A stretch of 64,000 bases of DNA, from contig JAZDIN010000025.1 of assembly GCA_043804895.1 (NCBI GenBank), forward strand, positions 86,762 through 150,761. Direction: 5' to 3'. The stretch's first letter is position 1; each line of letters starts with the position of its first letter. Below, piece by piece: positions 1-9,184 of this stretch. This DNA is from Candidatus Altiarchaeota archaeon. Its GTDB lineage: Archaea > Altiarchaeota > Altiarchaeia > IMC4 > SCGC-AAA252-I15. The notes beneath the pieces were generated by a model that saw only the letters and a list, made by a program, of their open reading frames with translations, ran no database searches and was not told the origin of the DNA. The position numbers and the translations under genes were made by a program.

Positions 1-133
1 GCAGCACACATAATATGCGGACTGGTCGAGGAAAAAGTTGGTAACTAAAAAGTAGAGAATTATGCGTCTTTCTCGAGAAACTTAAAAAATTAAGGCAGGG
101 CCATATTTCTTTATAAAGTCCCATATTCTACCA

Positions 134-1525
134 ATGGCTTCAGATTACAGGCAGCAGATGCCGACACCGCTTTCTGAGATTAGGACGACCAAGGACGTAA
201 GGATACCAAAAGACATACTGAATCAGGTCATCGGCCAGCCTAAGGCTGTGAAGAAGGTGAGACTTGCGATAATGCAAAGACGCCACCTTCTCCTCGTCGG
301 TCCGCCGGGGGTGGGGAAGAGTATGCTCGCCCAAGGTCTTGCAGTGCACCTTCCCAAGTCGACTGAGCAAATCAATGTAGTGCATAATCCTCAGAACATG
401 AACAAACCCTACGTCGAGGTCGTGAAAAACAAGAGCGACGAGAAGATAGTCGACCCCACCGAGATACCGGCGTACGTCGCAGAACAGCTCGGATTCAAGT
501 GCCCGGTGTGCGGCGCGTTCGGGAAGTACAACGTGAACATATGCGGCAAATGCGGGGAGGACAAGTTCAAGCGAATAACAAGGAAGGACGAGATAAGGGC
601 CTCCTGCTACGGGGCAGACGGCATCGAGCACTCGATACTCTACGAGAGGAAGGGTTTAATGGTCGCCATAACCGGGCAGGACCCCGATGCTGCTGTCAAA
701 GACAAAGACAAGGTCAAAAGGCACACGATAGTACCCCTGGTCAGGAAGAATTTCGTGCACGCGACGGGCGCGAGCGAAGTAGAGCTTTTGGGCGACGTCA
801 GGCACGACCCATACGGCATGCACCCTGAGATAGGGACTCCGGCGTACATTCGAGTCGTACCAGGGGCAATACACGAGGCCCATGAGGGTGTGCTGTTCAT
901 AGACGAACTCCCGCACCTCGGGGAGATACAGAACTACATATTGACTGCTATGCAGGAGCGGAAGTTCCCGATAACAGGACGGAATCCGCAATCCGGGGGG
1001 GCGTCGATCAAAGTCGATGACGTGCCTTGCGACTTCGTCTTCGTCGCGGCGTGCAACATAAAGGACGTACAGAACATACTGCCGCCTCTGCGCTCAAGGA
1101 TACTCGGCAACGGCTATGAGATACTGCTTGAGACCTCCATGGACGACAACGAAGTCAATCAATCCTACCTGGCGCAGTTCATGGCGCAGGAGATTGTGAA
1201 AGACGGGAAGATACCGCATGCGACAAGGGAGTCCGTGGAGGCTGTGATAGAGGAGGCTAGGAAGAGGGCGAGGATAATAGACGACAAACGCAACTCCCTG
1301 ACCTTGCGCCTCAGGGACCTGGGCGGCGTGATACGGCTTGCCGGAGACCTCGCGCATGATGAGGGTTCGAAGCTGATCGAGCTCAAACACATAGTCTCGG
1401 CAATCGAAGAGTCGAAGCCCATAGAATACCAGCTGCAGGAGAGGTACGGCAGCGTCTGGAAGGGCATAGAGAAAGACCAGGTAATAAATCCAGAGTACGG
1501 CAAGATAGGGTCAAGCTACCAATAG
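134..1525 (+). CDS. Lon-related (LonB-like) AAA+ ATPase with a Zn-ribbon insert and no protease domain
   Basis: Has LNQVIGQ, Walker A GPPGVGKS, ELLGDVRHDP, GAIHEAHEGVLFIDE and LTLRLRDLGG, all typical of the archaeal LonB AAA module. Contains a CPVC...CGKC insert and ends soon after the AAA lid. Confidence 0.85.
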   Translation: MASDYRQQMPTPLSEIRTTKDVRIPKDILNQVIGQPKAVKKVRLAIMQRRHLLLVGPPGVGKSMLAQGLAVHLPKSTEQINVVHNPQNMNKPYVEVVKNKSDEKIVDPTEIPAYVAEQLGFKCPVCGAFGKYNVNICGKCGEDKFKRITRKDEIRASCYGADGIEHSILYERKGLMVAITGQDPDAAVKDKDKVKRHTIVPLVRKNFVHATGASEVELLGDVRHDPYGMHPEIGTPAYIRVVPGAIHEAHEGVLFIDELPHLGEIQNYILTAMQERKFPITGRNPQSGGASIKVDDVPCDFVFVAACNIKDVQNILPPLRSRILGNGYEILLETSMDDNEVNQSYLAQFMAQEIVKDGKIPHATRESVEAVIEEARKRARIIDDKRNSLTLRLRDLGGVIRLAGDLAHDEGSKLIELKHIVSAIEESKPIEYQLQERYGSVWKGIEKDQVINPEYGKIGSSYQ

Positions 1526-1527
1526 AG

Positions 1528-2019
1528 ATGATACATTACACAGACGTCGAAAAGACCTACAGGCAGGAGAGGACAAGTCCGTTACTCCAGAGGATACCGC
1601 GCGACTTCTACGCCGAGGCGAGGAAACTCGCCCAAAGCCCAGAGGTCGGCGCCTACAGGGAAACAGTGCTTGAGCACCTGAAGAAGACATACTACCTTCG
1701 CGCGAACAAGATAATACACTACGCAGGCCGTGCCGCGGATGACACCAAACCCCCAGAGAACATACTACTAGAGGAACTACCCCTATATGAAAGGATATTG
1801 CAGGCTGTTAACGATAACAAAGCACTCATAGTCGACAAGCCCCCAGAGCCTGAAATAGAGAAGAAACCGACAATCCGCGTCAGGATGAAACACGCGCTCC
1901 CAGCCATAATCGGCTCAGACTCTAAGGAATACGGGCCCTTCAAGGAGGATGACGTCGTCGAACTACCGAAGGACAGCGCAAACCTACTCATAGAACGGGA
2001 AGTCGCTGAAAGCGCGTGA
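1528..2019 (+). CDS. DNA replication complex GINS subunit (Gins15/Gins51-like)
   Basis: Has LQRIPRDFY, ENILLEE and the C-terminal B domain IIGSDSKEYGPFKEDDVVELP..A.LLI. Lies directly upstream of L44e/S27e, as in many archaea. Confidence 0.85.
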   Translation: MIHYTDVEKTYRQERTSPLLQRIPRDFYAEARKLAQSPEVGAYRETVLEHLKKTYYLRANKIIHYAGRAADDTKPPENILLEELPLYERILQAVNDNKALIVDKPPEPEIEKKPTIRVRMKHALPAIIGSDSKEYGPFKEDDVVELPKDSANLLIEREVAESA

Positions 2020-2059
2020 AAGCGCTTTTATAGGATGTCTGCATATTATATTGCTACCG

Positions 2060-2344
2060 ATGAAAATCCCGGACAAAATCAGGACCAACTGTCCCTCATG
2101 CAACAAGCACACCGTCCACGCCGTGAAGGTGAACCGAAAGGGCAAGGAGAGGAGCATGAACATGGGAAGGCGCAAATACAAGGCAGTGAAGGCCGGGTAC
2201 GGTGGAAGTCCGAGAACCCCGAAGAAACCCTGCTTCAAGATAGGTAAAAGGACTGTACTAATACTCGAATGCTCAGTGTGCAAGAAAAAGCACCAGAGGG
2301 CGTATGCCGCAAGAACCAAGAGGGCGGTGGAGGTCGGAGGATGA
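2060..2344 (+). CDS. rpl44e: 50S ribosomal protein L44e
   Basis: MKIPDKIRTNCPSCNKHT...GYGG...LECSVC. Confidence 0.95.
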   Translation: MKIPDKIRTNCPSCNKHTVHAVKVNRKGKERSMNMGRRKYKAVKAGYGGSPRTPKKPCFKIGKRTVLILECSVCKKKHQRAYAARTKRAVEVGG

Positions 2345-2532
2345 TGGAAAATAAGACTAAAAGCAGGTTCCTTAAGGTGAAATGTAACGACTGCGGAAAC
2401 GAACAGGTCATATTCGGCGCGGCAGCCTCAAGCATAAAATGCCTTGTCTGCGAGAAGCCGATGGCCGAAAGCACTGGCGGGAAGACAAAAGTCAAGACGC
2501 AGATACTCTCCGTGGTTGACAAGGACCTTTAA
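2344..2532 (+). CDS. rps27e: 30S ribosomal protein S27e
   Basis: SRFLKVKCNDCGNEQVIF...CLVC...TGGK. The start could be 2341 or 2344. Confidence 0.95.
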   Translation: MENKTKSRFLKVKCNDCGNEQVIFGAAASSIKCLVCEKPMAESTGGKTKVKTQILSVVDKDL

Positions 2533-2537
2533 CTCTA

Positions 2538-2957
2538 ATGGCCTACGAATTCCTGGAGCACACGGCTGACCTGAAGATTAGGGCGACAGGCAAGACCCTT
2601 CCTGAAGCGTTAAGCGAGTCCGCCAAAGCCCTCTTCGAGGCGATAGCATCCAACAGCAAAATAGCCCCCACCCTCGAGAGGGAACTCACCATAAAAGTCA
2701 ACAAACCAGAGATACTCGTCCACGACTTCCTCAGCCAGCTAATCTACCTGTTCTCGACAGAACACCTGCTCTTCAGCGAATTCAACCTAGACCTCAAGGA
2801 ATCCATAGGATACAAGCTCACAGCCAAACTGAAAGGCGAAAAATACGACCCCAAAAAACACAAACTCGTGAAGGAAGTGAAGGCCGCAACATACCATGAG
2901 ATGAAAGTTGAGGAAGGTAAAAATGGCTGGACGATAGAAGTCATATGCGATACCTAA
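2538..2957 (+). CDS. Archease
   Basis: Signature motifs YEFLEHTAD, EVKAATYH and a C-terminal ICD. Confidence 0.93.
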   Translation: MAYEFLEHTADLKIRATGKTLPEALSESAKALFEAIASNSKIAPTLERELTIKVNKPEILVHDFLSQLIYLFSTEHLLFSEFNLDLKESIGYKLTAKLKGEKYDPKKHKLVKEVKAATYHEMKVEEGKNGWTIEVICDT

Positions 2958-2993
2958 TTCTATTTTTTAACGTCTGCGACCACTATCATTGTG

Positions 2994-3977
2994 ATGAACA
3001 GGCTCATCCTGACGCTGTTGGTGGTTGTTTTGTCCTTGAGTGCCTGCATATCTCAAAGTCCCACGTGCGTTGCACCATACATTTCTGTCGCCGGCTCATG
3101 CTGTCTTGACGAGAACGCTGACGGCATATGCGACCGGGATAAGCCAGTATGCCGCAGGCCGTACTCTCTTGTTGGTTTGTCATGCTGTCTTGATGAGAAC
3201 GCTGACGGCATCTGCGACTCAGACAGGCCTGTGACGACCACATCCATAATGACGACTTCGACTGTGGCTGCAACGACGTCGACTACCAGGCCCACCTTCA
3301 GGACTACTTCGACTACCACCCTGCTTGATGTAGAGTGTATGAGTTTCGAGGACTGCTCCTCATCTGATGGCGTACAATGCGACGACGACGGCCGCGTGGT
3401 TCTAATTCACTATACTCCAACGTCCTGTTCTGGCGGAAAATGCATCTACAGGAGCAGCCGGGACATAGCCGCCATCCACTGCTACGACTGGGAGCAGTGC
3501 GTCAGCGGGGTCGGTTGTGTCAGGAAGACTGACGTGACCTCCACGTCGACGACCTTGGCGCCGGATATACTGGTGCAATCACAGTTCCAGAAAATCCTCG
3601 ACAGGGTCATTGAACGGAAGTCTGAGATTGCAGCTTCGATGGCCTCAACGACAACAACACTACAGCCGTGCGTCGACCCCGACGGCGGGAAGAAATACGA
3701 CATAAGGAGCGTGAACGTCTCAGGCTACTTCGACTACAACAAAACCCAAGTCCTAAGCGGAAGCGAATACTGTTGGGACAACCTCAAACTAGTGGAATTC
3801 TATTGCGAAAAAACAGCTGGCGTGGAAAGCCTGGAGTCAGTGGTATACGACTGCACAAGCCGTTGCATAGACGGCCGATGCTGCAGCAGCGAAGGCCGGA
3901 CGTGTGAGAGCTGGAGGGACTGCTGCAGTGGCTTATGCCAGGCCGTGGGTATGGCAAATTACTGCATAGCGACTTGA
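2994..3977 (+). CDS. Secreted or lipid-anchored Cys-rich protein with Thr-rich linkers
   Basis: Signal peptide ending LSAC (lipobox-like), two CCLDENADGICD repeats, Thr runs and a C-terminal CVDPDGG...LVEFYC module. Confidence 0.75.
   Translation: MNRLILTLLVVVLSLSACISQSPTCVAPYISVAGSCCLDENADGICDRDKPVCRRPYSLVGLSCCLDENADGICDSDRPVTTTSIMTTSTVAATTSTTRPTFRTTSTTTLLDVECMSFEDCSSSDGVQCDDDGRVVLIHYTPTSCSGGKCIYRSSRDIAAIHCYDWEQCVSGVGCVRKTDVTSTSTTLAPDILVQSQFQKILDRVIERKSEIAASMASTTTTLQPCVDPDGGKKYDIRSVNVSGYFDYNKTQVLSGSEYCWDNLKLVEFYCEKTAGVESLESVVYDCTSRCIDGRCCSSEGRTCESWRDCCSGLCQAVGMANYCIAT
3096..3218 (+). repeat. Intragenic 39-bp direct repeat, 2 copies with 84-bp period
   Basis: 3096-3134 and 3180-3218 differ at 2 synonymous positions; both encode SCCLDENADGICD. 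Confidence 0.9.
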
Positions 3978-4017
3978 TAGGTACATTTAACCGAATACTG
4001 TTCAATATTATTCTGCT

Positions 4018-5502
4018 ATGGGCGGATTCGTAAAGACTAACGGCGGGATCTGGGTGCCACCTAACACTCTAGGACTTGATTCTGCAATCGGAACTGAGGA
4101 GGTGAAGGAGGCTGGAGAAGGCAAGGGAATAAAGAATTTAAGACAACTCCAGATGACAGTGTTTAGGGAATTAAAGCGTCTGAAGGATGATAAGCCGGAT
4201 GCGGTGGCAGCGGCTTTGCGCGGCATACTGTTTAAGGATTCATTTACGCTTAGATGGGAATTGGTAGGCAAGGCTCCACTGGCAGTGGCAAGGAGCCTGG
4301 AACTGCCAGAAGGCACACAATTAGATGTTTACCAAGAACAGCAGAGGCATAACCTCCAAGACATGCTGGTTTGTAAGGTCCCAGACGCTGTGGCCCCCAC
4401 ACTGGAACGTGATGACTCAGACGCTGCATGGGAACTCAGGGATAAGATGATGAAGGGGCGAATATATTCGAATGTGCTTAGGAGCCTAATCGGAGTCGGT
4501 TCAAAGCGTGCGGAGAAACTCTTGGATGCGTTGAAAGATAAGGAACCAGAGGCTGTGATTGCGACCCGTAAGGGCGTGTTCACAGACCATGCGAAGAAAC
4601 TCAGAATCGAGATGAAGGAAAGCTTCCCCGGGCCGGTGGCATTAAGCCTTGAAGGAGACGATTCAGAATTTTCGCGGAGCCTCTTGGATGAGTTGAAGGG
4701 TAAAGTGCCGTGGCAGACTGTTTACAGCCGCAGGCGAGTGTCCAGCGAACATGCGGACAATCTTAGGAAGGCGGGTATATTCGACAACTCCCATGCCGTG
4801 GCGGAGAGCTTGGATGGAGTACACACAGACCAAGCCTATGATCTCATGGAGATGCTGTTAATCAAGGAACCCATGCTCATTGCCATCCGGTTGCGCAGGG
4901 ATAACTCAGAGCGGGCGCAGGAAATCAGAAATAAGATAGAGAAGCGCGCTTATTCGGATCTTATTCTGGCTGTGAGCCTTGGGGGGGTAACCACGGAAGA
5001 GGCGCAGGACATGAGGGAGAGGATTTTAAGACGTGAATCAAAAGCCAACTCCCAGGCGTATCTGGATTTAGCCGAAAAAGAGAATAAACGGATTGAGCCT
5101 CTGCTCAACATTGAAGAAGGCAAAGGCGACATAGACAATGAAAAAGGCGATAAGCGGCTTTTCGTTCATGGTGGTTCAACACTTAATAAGAGTTTGTTGA
5201 AAGAATTATACTCCGACAATTCATTATTTCGCAACGGTGTTGGGTTAGATTTGGACAGGTTGGATAGGGGGTGGAACGACTTGAATAAGAAGGAAATCCT
5301 GCTACAGTCTGTTGTCGTCCGTGGTTTGGAGGGAGTATTCACAGAAAGGGCGCAGAAAATCAGAAGAATGCTCCTGGCTATTATGCCTGGAGAGGTGGCT
5401 GAGAGTCTAAGCGGCTCACCACCTCAATATAAGCTGGAACTTGCGGAACTGCTGTTGTACTTCAAAGATGACCCATACGTTCTCGCCTCCCTGTTGAAGT
5501 AA
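4018..5502 (+). CDS. Hypothetical alpha-solenoid protein with 27-aa repeats
   Basis: 494-aa ORF with a recurrent SLxGxxSxxAxxLRxxL....P..VA unit. Confidence 0.75.
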   Translation: MGGFVKTNGGIWVPPNTLGLDSAIGTEEVKEAGEGKGIKNLRQLQMTVFRELKRLKDDKPDAVAAALRGILFKDSFTLRWELVGKAPLAVARSLELPEGTQLDVYQEQQRHNLQDMLVCKVPDAVAPTLERDDSDAAWELRDKMMKGRIYSNVLRSLIGVGSKRAEKLLDALKDKEPEAVIATRKGVFTDHAKKLRIEMKESFPGPVALSLEGDDSEFSRSLLDELKGKVPWQTVYSRRRVSSEHADNLRKAGIFDNSHAVAESLDGVHTDQAYDLMEMLLIKEPMLIAIRLRRDNSERAQEIRNKIEKRAYSDLILAVSLGGVTTEEAQDMRERILRRESKANSQAYLDLAEKENKRIEPLLNIEEGKGDIDNEKGDKRLFVHGGSTLNKSLLKELYSDNSLFRNGVGLDLDRLDRGWNDLNKKEILLQSVVVRGLEGVFTERAQKIRRMLLAIMPGEVAESLSGSPPQYKLELAELLLYFKDDPYVLASLLK

Positions 5503-5666
5503 TAAATCTAACTTTTCCCCTGCTCTAGGCCAGCTTCTTTAATCCTGTACAGCCATCAGATAATCGATTACACAACCACTTGGAATCTGGCGGGCGGCTC
5601 ACTTGTGAGTTCCTCACCCGCCCGCCGGACGCCCAAGTATATAACCTCCACCTTCCTATCCTCTCC

Positions 5667-5873
5667 ATGGCAAATGAAAACGAGCCTAAGAGGCTGTTCA
5701 GAAGCCGCGAAAACAGGATACTCGGTGGAGTACTCGGCGGAGTAGGCGAATACCTGAACACAGACCCGGTGGCTGTCAGAGTAGCCTATGTCATAGCGGC
5801 GCTACTAACCGGCGTAGGCCCCCTACTTGTCGGCTATGTCATACTGTGGTTCATAATACCTGAGCGGAAATAA
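5667..5873 (+). CDS. PspC domain protein
   Basis: KRLFRSRENRILGGVLGGVGEYLNTDP..VR...Y.ILW.IIP. Confidence 0.9.
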   Translation: MANENEPKRLFRSRENRILGGVLGGVGEYLNTDPVAVRVAYVIAALLTGVGPLLVGYVILWFIIPERK

Positions 5874-5875
5874 TA

Positions 5876-7144
5876 CTACCTGGATTTTCTTATCCACTCC
5901 TTGCCGGTGTTCACAAGCTCATCTAATCTCTTCCGCGTCTTCGCCTCAGCAGTTATCCTGACGTAATCCTCGGTGCCGGAAGGTCTGATGAGCACCCAAC
6001 CGTAGTCGTATCCGACTCTTATGCCGTCGACGTCCGTGTAATCGAGTGTCTTGAGGTCCCTCCTCAGGTTGGCCATCACCTTCTCTTTCTCATCTATCCG
6101 GCAGGGTATCTTAACACGTTCCATAGGATACGATGGTATTTCGGTAACAGTCTCGTAGAAATCGCCGTCAGCGACCATCCGAACTGCCTTCGCCACGGTC
6201 GCAACCCCGTCAGGGAAGATGTGGATGTCAGGGAAGATGTATGTCCCGCTTGGTTCGCCTCCGAATCCTGCTTTGTTCCTCCTTATCCCCTCCGCGACTG
6301 CGACGTCGCCGACCGCGACCCTGATGACCTTCCTACAGTACTCCTCAACCCTCATCGAGGCGTCCACTGTCGTAACGACCTTGTCATACTGCGACGCCAG
6401 GGCAGTCAGGAACGTGTCCCACTCGATTAGACTGCCGTCAGGGCCTATGGCGCATGTCCTGTCCGCGTCCCCGTCATGGGCGAATCCGATGTCGACCTTA
6501 TTTTTTCCGACAATCCTGCAGGTATCCTTAAGGTTCTCCGCAGTCGGCTCAAGGGGGTGGGGGAATACGCCGTCGCAGTTGTCATTCACAACCTTCGTCT
6601 CACAACCCATCCTATCAAGCAGCCTAGGCGTCACGACGCTTCCAGCCCCGCCTGCGCAGTCCAGAAGCACCTTCACTCCATCAGCATCCTTCACCCTCTT
6701 CCGTATCAACTCAATATGTCTTCTGACGTAATCGGCGTCTTTAACGCTGCCTCGACCATTCTTGAATTTTCCCGCAATAAAATTCTCCTCAACCTTTCCC
6801 TCGTCACCTGGCTTGAAGGCTCCCTCCTTGTTGAAGAACTTGAACCCGTTGTATTCCGGCGGATTATGGGATGCAGTCACGACTACCCCCACACCTAACT
6901 TGGCAGTCGCGACCCCGACTGTCGGAGTCGGCACAACACCCAGTCGGACAACATTCCTCCCGCTAGATAACACTCCTGATATGAACGCATCCTGAAGTCT
7001 CGGGCCGGACTTCCGCGTGTCCCTGCCGACTGCCACGTCAGATTTGATGCAGGAGCCGAGGGCCCTGCCGAGGTCAGATGCGAACCCGTCGGTGAGCTCC
7101 CCCTCCCTCCTGCGTATTCCTGATGTTCCGAACAAACCTGACAT
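5876..7144 (-). CDS. Phosphohexomutase (phosphoglucosamine mutase / PMM-PGM family)
   Basis: Motifs LFGTSGIR, TASHNP, DGDADR, GGEPSG and IRPSGTE. Start set at ATG 7144. Confidence 0.93.
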   Translation of the reverse strand: MSGLFGTSGIRRREGELTDGFASDLGRALGSCIKSDVAVGRDTRKSGPRLQDAFISGVLSSGRNVVRLGVVPTPTVGVATAKLGVGVVVTASHNPPEYNGFKFFNKEGAFKPGDEGKVEENFIAGKFKNGRGSVKDADYVRRHIELIRKRVKDADGVKVLLDCAGGAGSVVTPRLLDRMGCETKVVNDNCDGVFPHPLEPTAENLKDTCRIVGKNKVDIGFAHDGDADRTCAIGPDGSLIEWDTFLTALASQYDKVVTTVDASMRVEEYCRKVIRVAVGDVAVAEGIRRNKAGFGGEPSGTYIFPDIHIFPDGVATVAKAVRMVADGDFYETVTEIPSYPMERVKIPCRIDEKEKVMANLRRDLKTLDYTDVDGIRVGYDYGWVLIRPSGTEDYVRITAEAKTRKRLDELVNTGKEWIRKSR

Positions 7145-7186
7145 CTTTTGGGTTATAAGATAGTCTGTCCCGTTATTTAATATAAG

Positions 7187-8167
7187 ATGGTAAAGGAGCA
7201 TGAAAAGCCTGATGAAACACTCACAAGAATGTTAGGCTTAACTCCAAAGAATAAGGGCGAGTTATCCTATGCGCGCGAATGGGAACCAGGCCTTAAGGCG
7301 GGCATAGATGACCTAATAGCTGACATTAAAAGGCGCAGTGAACTCCCTCTCCATGAGGAAGCGCGTATCCGGAAAACAGCCGAGCTCGTAATGGATGCGC
7401 ATAAGTTCCAGACGAGGAAGGATGATATTACTCCATATTTCATGCACCAGCTCGATGTCACCAAAAAGTTAGTCAACCTTTTCGGCGTAACAGACCCGCT
7501 TGTGATACAAGTGTCCCTGCTCCATGACACCCGTGAGGACCAGGTGGAGATATATGACAAGCTCATGGACGAGTTATACCCTGACTTGTCAGGAGAGGAT
7601 AAGGCCAAACATCTCAGCCTCATACACCTTGGCGTAAGACTGCTTTCAAAGCTGAAGGAGCCCAAGTACACGGAACAGTACGCTCACCTACCCGAGCCTG
7701 AGCGTAAGGCGAAACTACTTGACGAATATTTCGAGCGCATGGTCAACCCACACGCATTCTACGACAAGGAGAAGACATCCGATGACCTTGCATATTCACC
7801 GTACGACGACGTTTTCATACGCAAAATGCAACTTGTGAAGTTGTCTGATATCCTCTCCAACACAGGTGATTTGATTCATCTCTTCAGGCCTGGTTTGGAA
7901 TTAAGCGAGTCCGCGACTAATCACCCCGGACGCTTCTTCCCAGAGGTCGTCGGCGTAGCCATCCCCAACTTTGTCGAAGCTTCCAAGCAACTAACAGACC
8001 TTGACAAAAAAAAGTTCTATGACGAGCTAGTGTATAATATGGGAAAGTATTCTAACCTCGATTTGGATGATTATCCGAATGCCACCCCTCTGAAGGAGGC
8101 GGTGCAGAAGGAGCTCAGGGACTGGAAACTGAATGAGTTGAAGGTGAAATACTCCACTGCGATATAA
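7187..8167 (+). CDS. HD-domain protein of the RelA/SpoT hydrolase (Mesh1 / small alarmone hydrolase) type
   Basis: AHKFQTRKD..TPYFMH...LLHDTRED...LVKLSD..SN matches the RSH hydrolase pattern AHxxQxRK..PYxxH..LHDxxED..VKLAD. Confidence 0.75.
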   Translation: MVKEHEKPDETLTRMLGLTPKNKGELSYAREWEPGLKAGIDDLIADIKRRSELPLHEEARIRKTAELVMDAHKFQTRKDDITPYFMHQLDVTKKLVNLFGVTDPLVIQVSLLHDTREDQVEIYDKLMDELYPDLSGEDKAKHLSLIHLGVRLLSKLKEPKYTEQYAHLPEPERKAKLLDEYFERMVNPHAFYDKEKTSDDLAYSPYDDVFIRKMQLVKLSDILSNTGDLIHLFRPGLELSESATNHPGRFFPEVVGVAIPNFVEASKQLTDLDKKKFYDELVYNMGKYSNLDLDDYPNATPLKEAVQKELRDWKLNELKVKYSTAI

Positions 8168-8172
8168 CCAGT

Positions 8173-9111
8173 CTACTTCAACAGGGCGAGCCTCGCCAGT
8201 AGTGCCTCAAGTTGTATTCGTTCGTTCGCGCCTTCCACCAGGGTGAAGTTCGCCTCCCCGACGAGGTCTATTATCCTCACCTTCACCTTGTCGTCTGCGT
8301 CGAGGTTCATGGCCTCCCGGTTCATCTGCAGGAGTATGTCTTCGCCGCTGAGGCCTACGTTCAGCATCAGTTTGTCGAGGAGGTTTCTGGCGTCCAGGAA
8401 CTTCCCATCCAAAGCTAGCTTGAGTATCGTCTTTATGTCCTCAGGCCTCGCCCTTGTGGTTATCGCATACACGTTCTCCTCGTTGACAGCGCCTAAGGCG
8501 GCGGCGCTCTGGAGTATGTTTATGGCCTTTCTCATGTCTCCTTCGCTGACGTAGACTATCGCCTCAAGGCCGTTCTGGTCGTGTTTTATGTTCTCGTGTT
8601 TCAATATCTTCTCCAGGTACTTCTTCACCGACTCCTTCGTGAGTCTGGTGAACCTGAACACCGCGCACCTGCTTTGTATCGGCTCGATTATCTTCGATGA
8701 ATAGTTGCATGACAGTATGAACCTGCACGTTGCGGTGTACTGTTCCATCGTCCTCCTCAGGGCGTTTTGGGCGTCGCTTGTCAGCGAGTCTGACTCGTCC
8801 AGGAATATTATCTTATACTCCCCCATCAGCGGCTTCGTCCTTGCGAAATCCTTTATCTTGTTCCTGACGACGTCAATGCCACGCTCATCAGAGGCGTTCA
8901 ACTCCAGGAAATCATGGCTTATGTCGCCGAATAGTTCCCTTGCAATGCACATCGCAGCCGTCGTCTTCCCGACGCCTGCAGGCCCTGCGAACATCAGATG
9001 AGGCATGCTCTTAGCCTTCACATAAGCCTCCAGACGGCCTACTATCCCCTCCTGGCCGGCTATCTCCGAAAGTCTCTTAGGCCGGTACTTCTCAGTCCAA
9101 GGCAGGTCCAT
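8173..9111 (-). CDS. rfcS: Replication factor C small subunit
   Basis: PWTEKYRP, GPAGVGKT, LELNASDERG, AQNALRRTME and IQSRC. No intein. Confidence 0.96.
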   Translation of the reverse strand: MDLPWTEKYRPKRLSEIAGQEGIVGRLEAYVKAKSMPHLMFAGPAGVGKTTAAMCIARELFGDISHDFLELNASDERGIDVVRNKIKDFARTKPLMGEYKIIFLDESDSLTSDAQNALRRTMEQYTATCRFILSCNYSSKIIEPIQSRCAVFRFTRLTKESVKKYLEKILKHENIKHDQNGLEAIVYVSEGDMRKAINILQSAAALGAVNEENVYAITTRARPEDIKTILKLALDGKFLDARNLLDKLMLNVGLSGEDILLQMNREAMNLDADDKVKVRIIDLVGEANFTLVEGANERIQLEALLARLALLK

Positions 9112-9184
9112 ATCCCTAATTAATGGTCATGGTAGTTAAAGAACATTCTATCCTGTTTTTTAATTTAGGTGAATAATACTTTCC

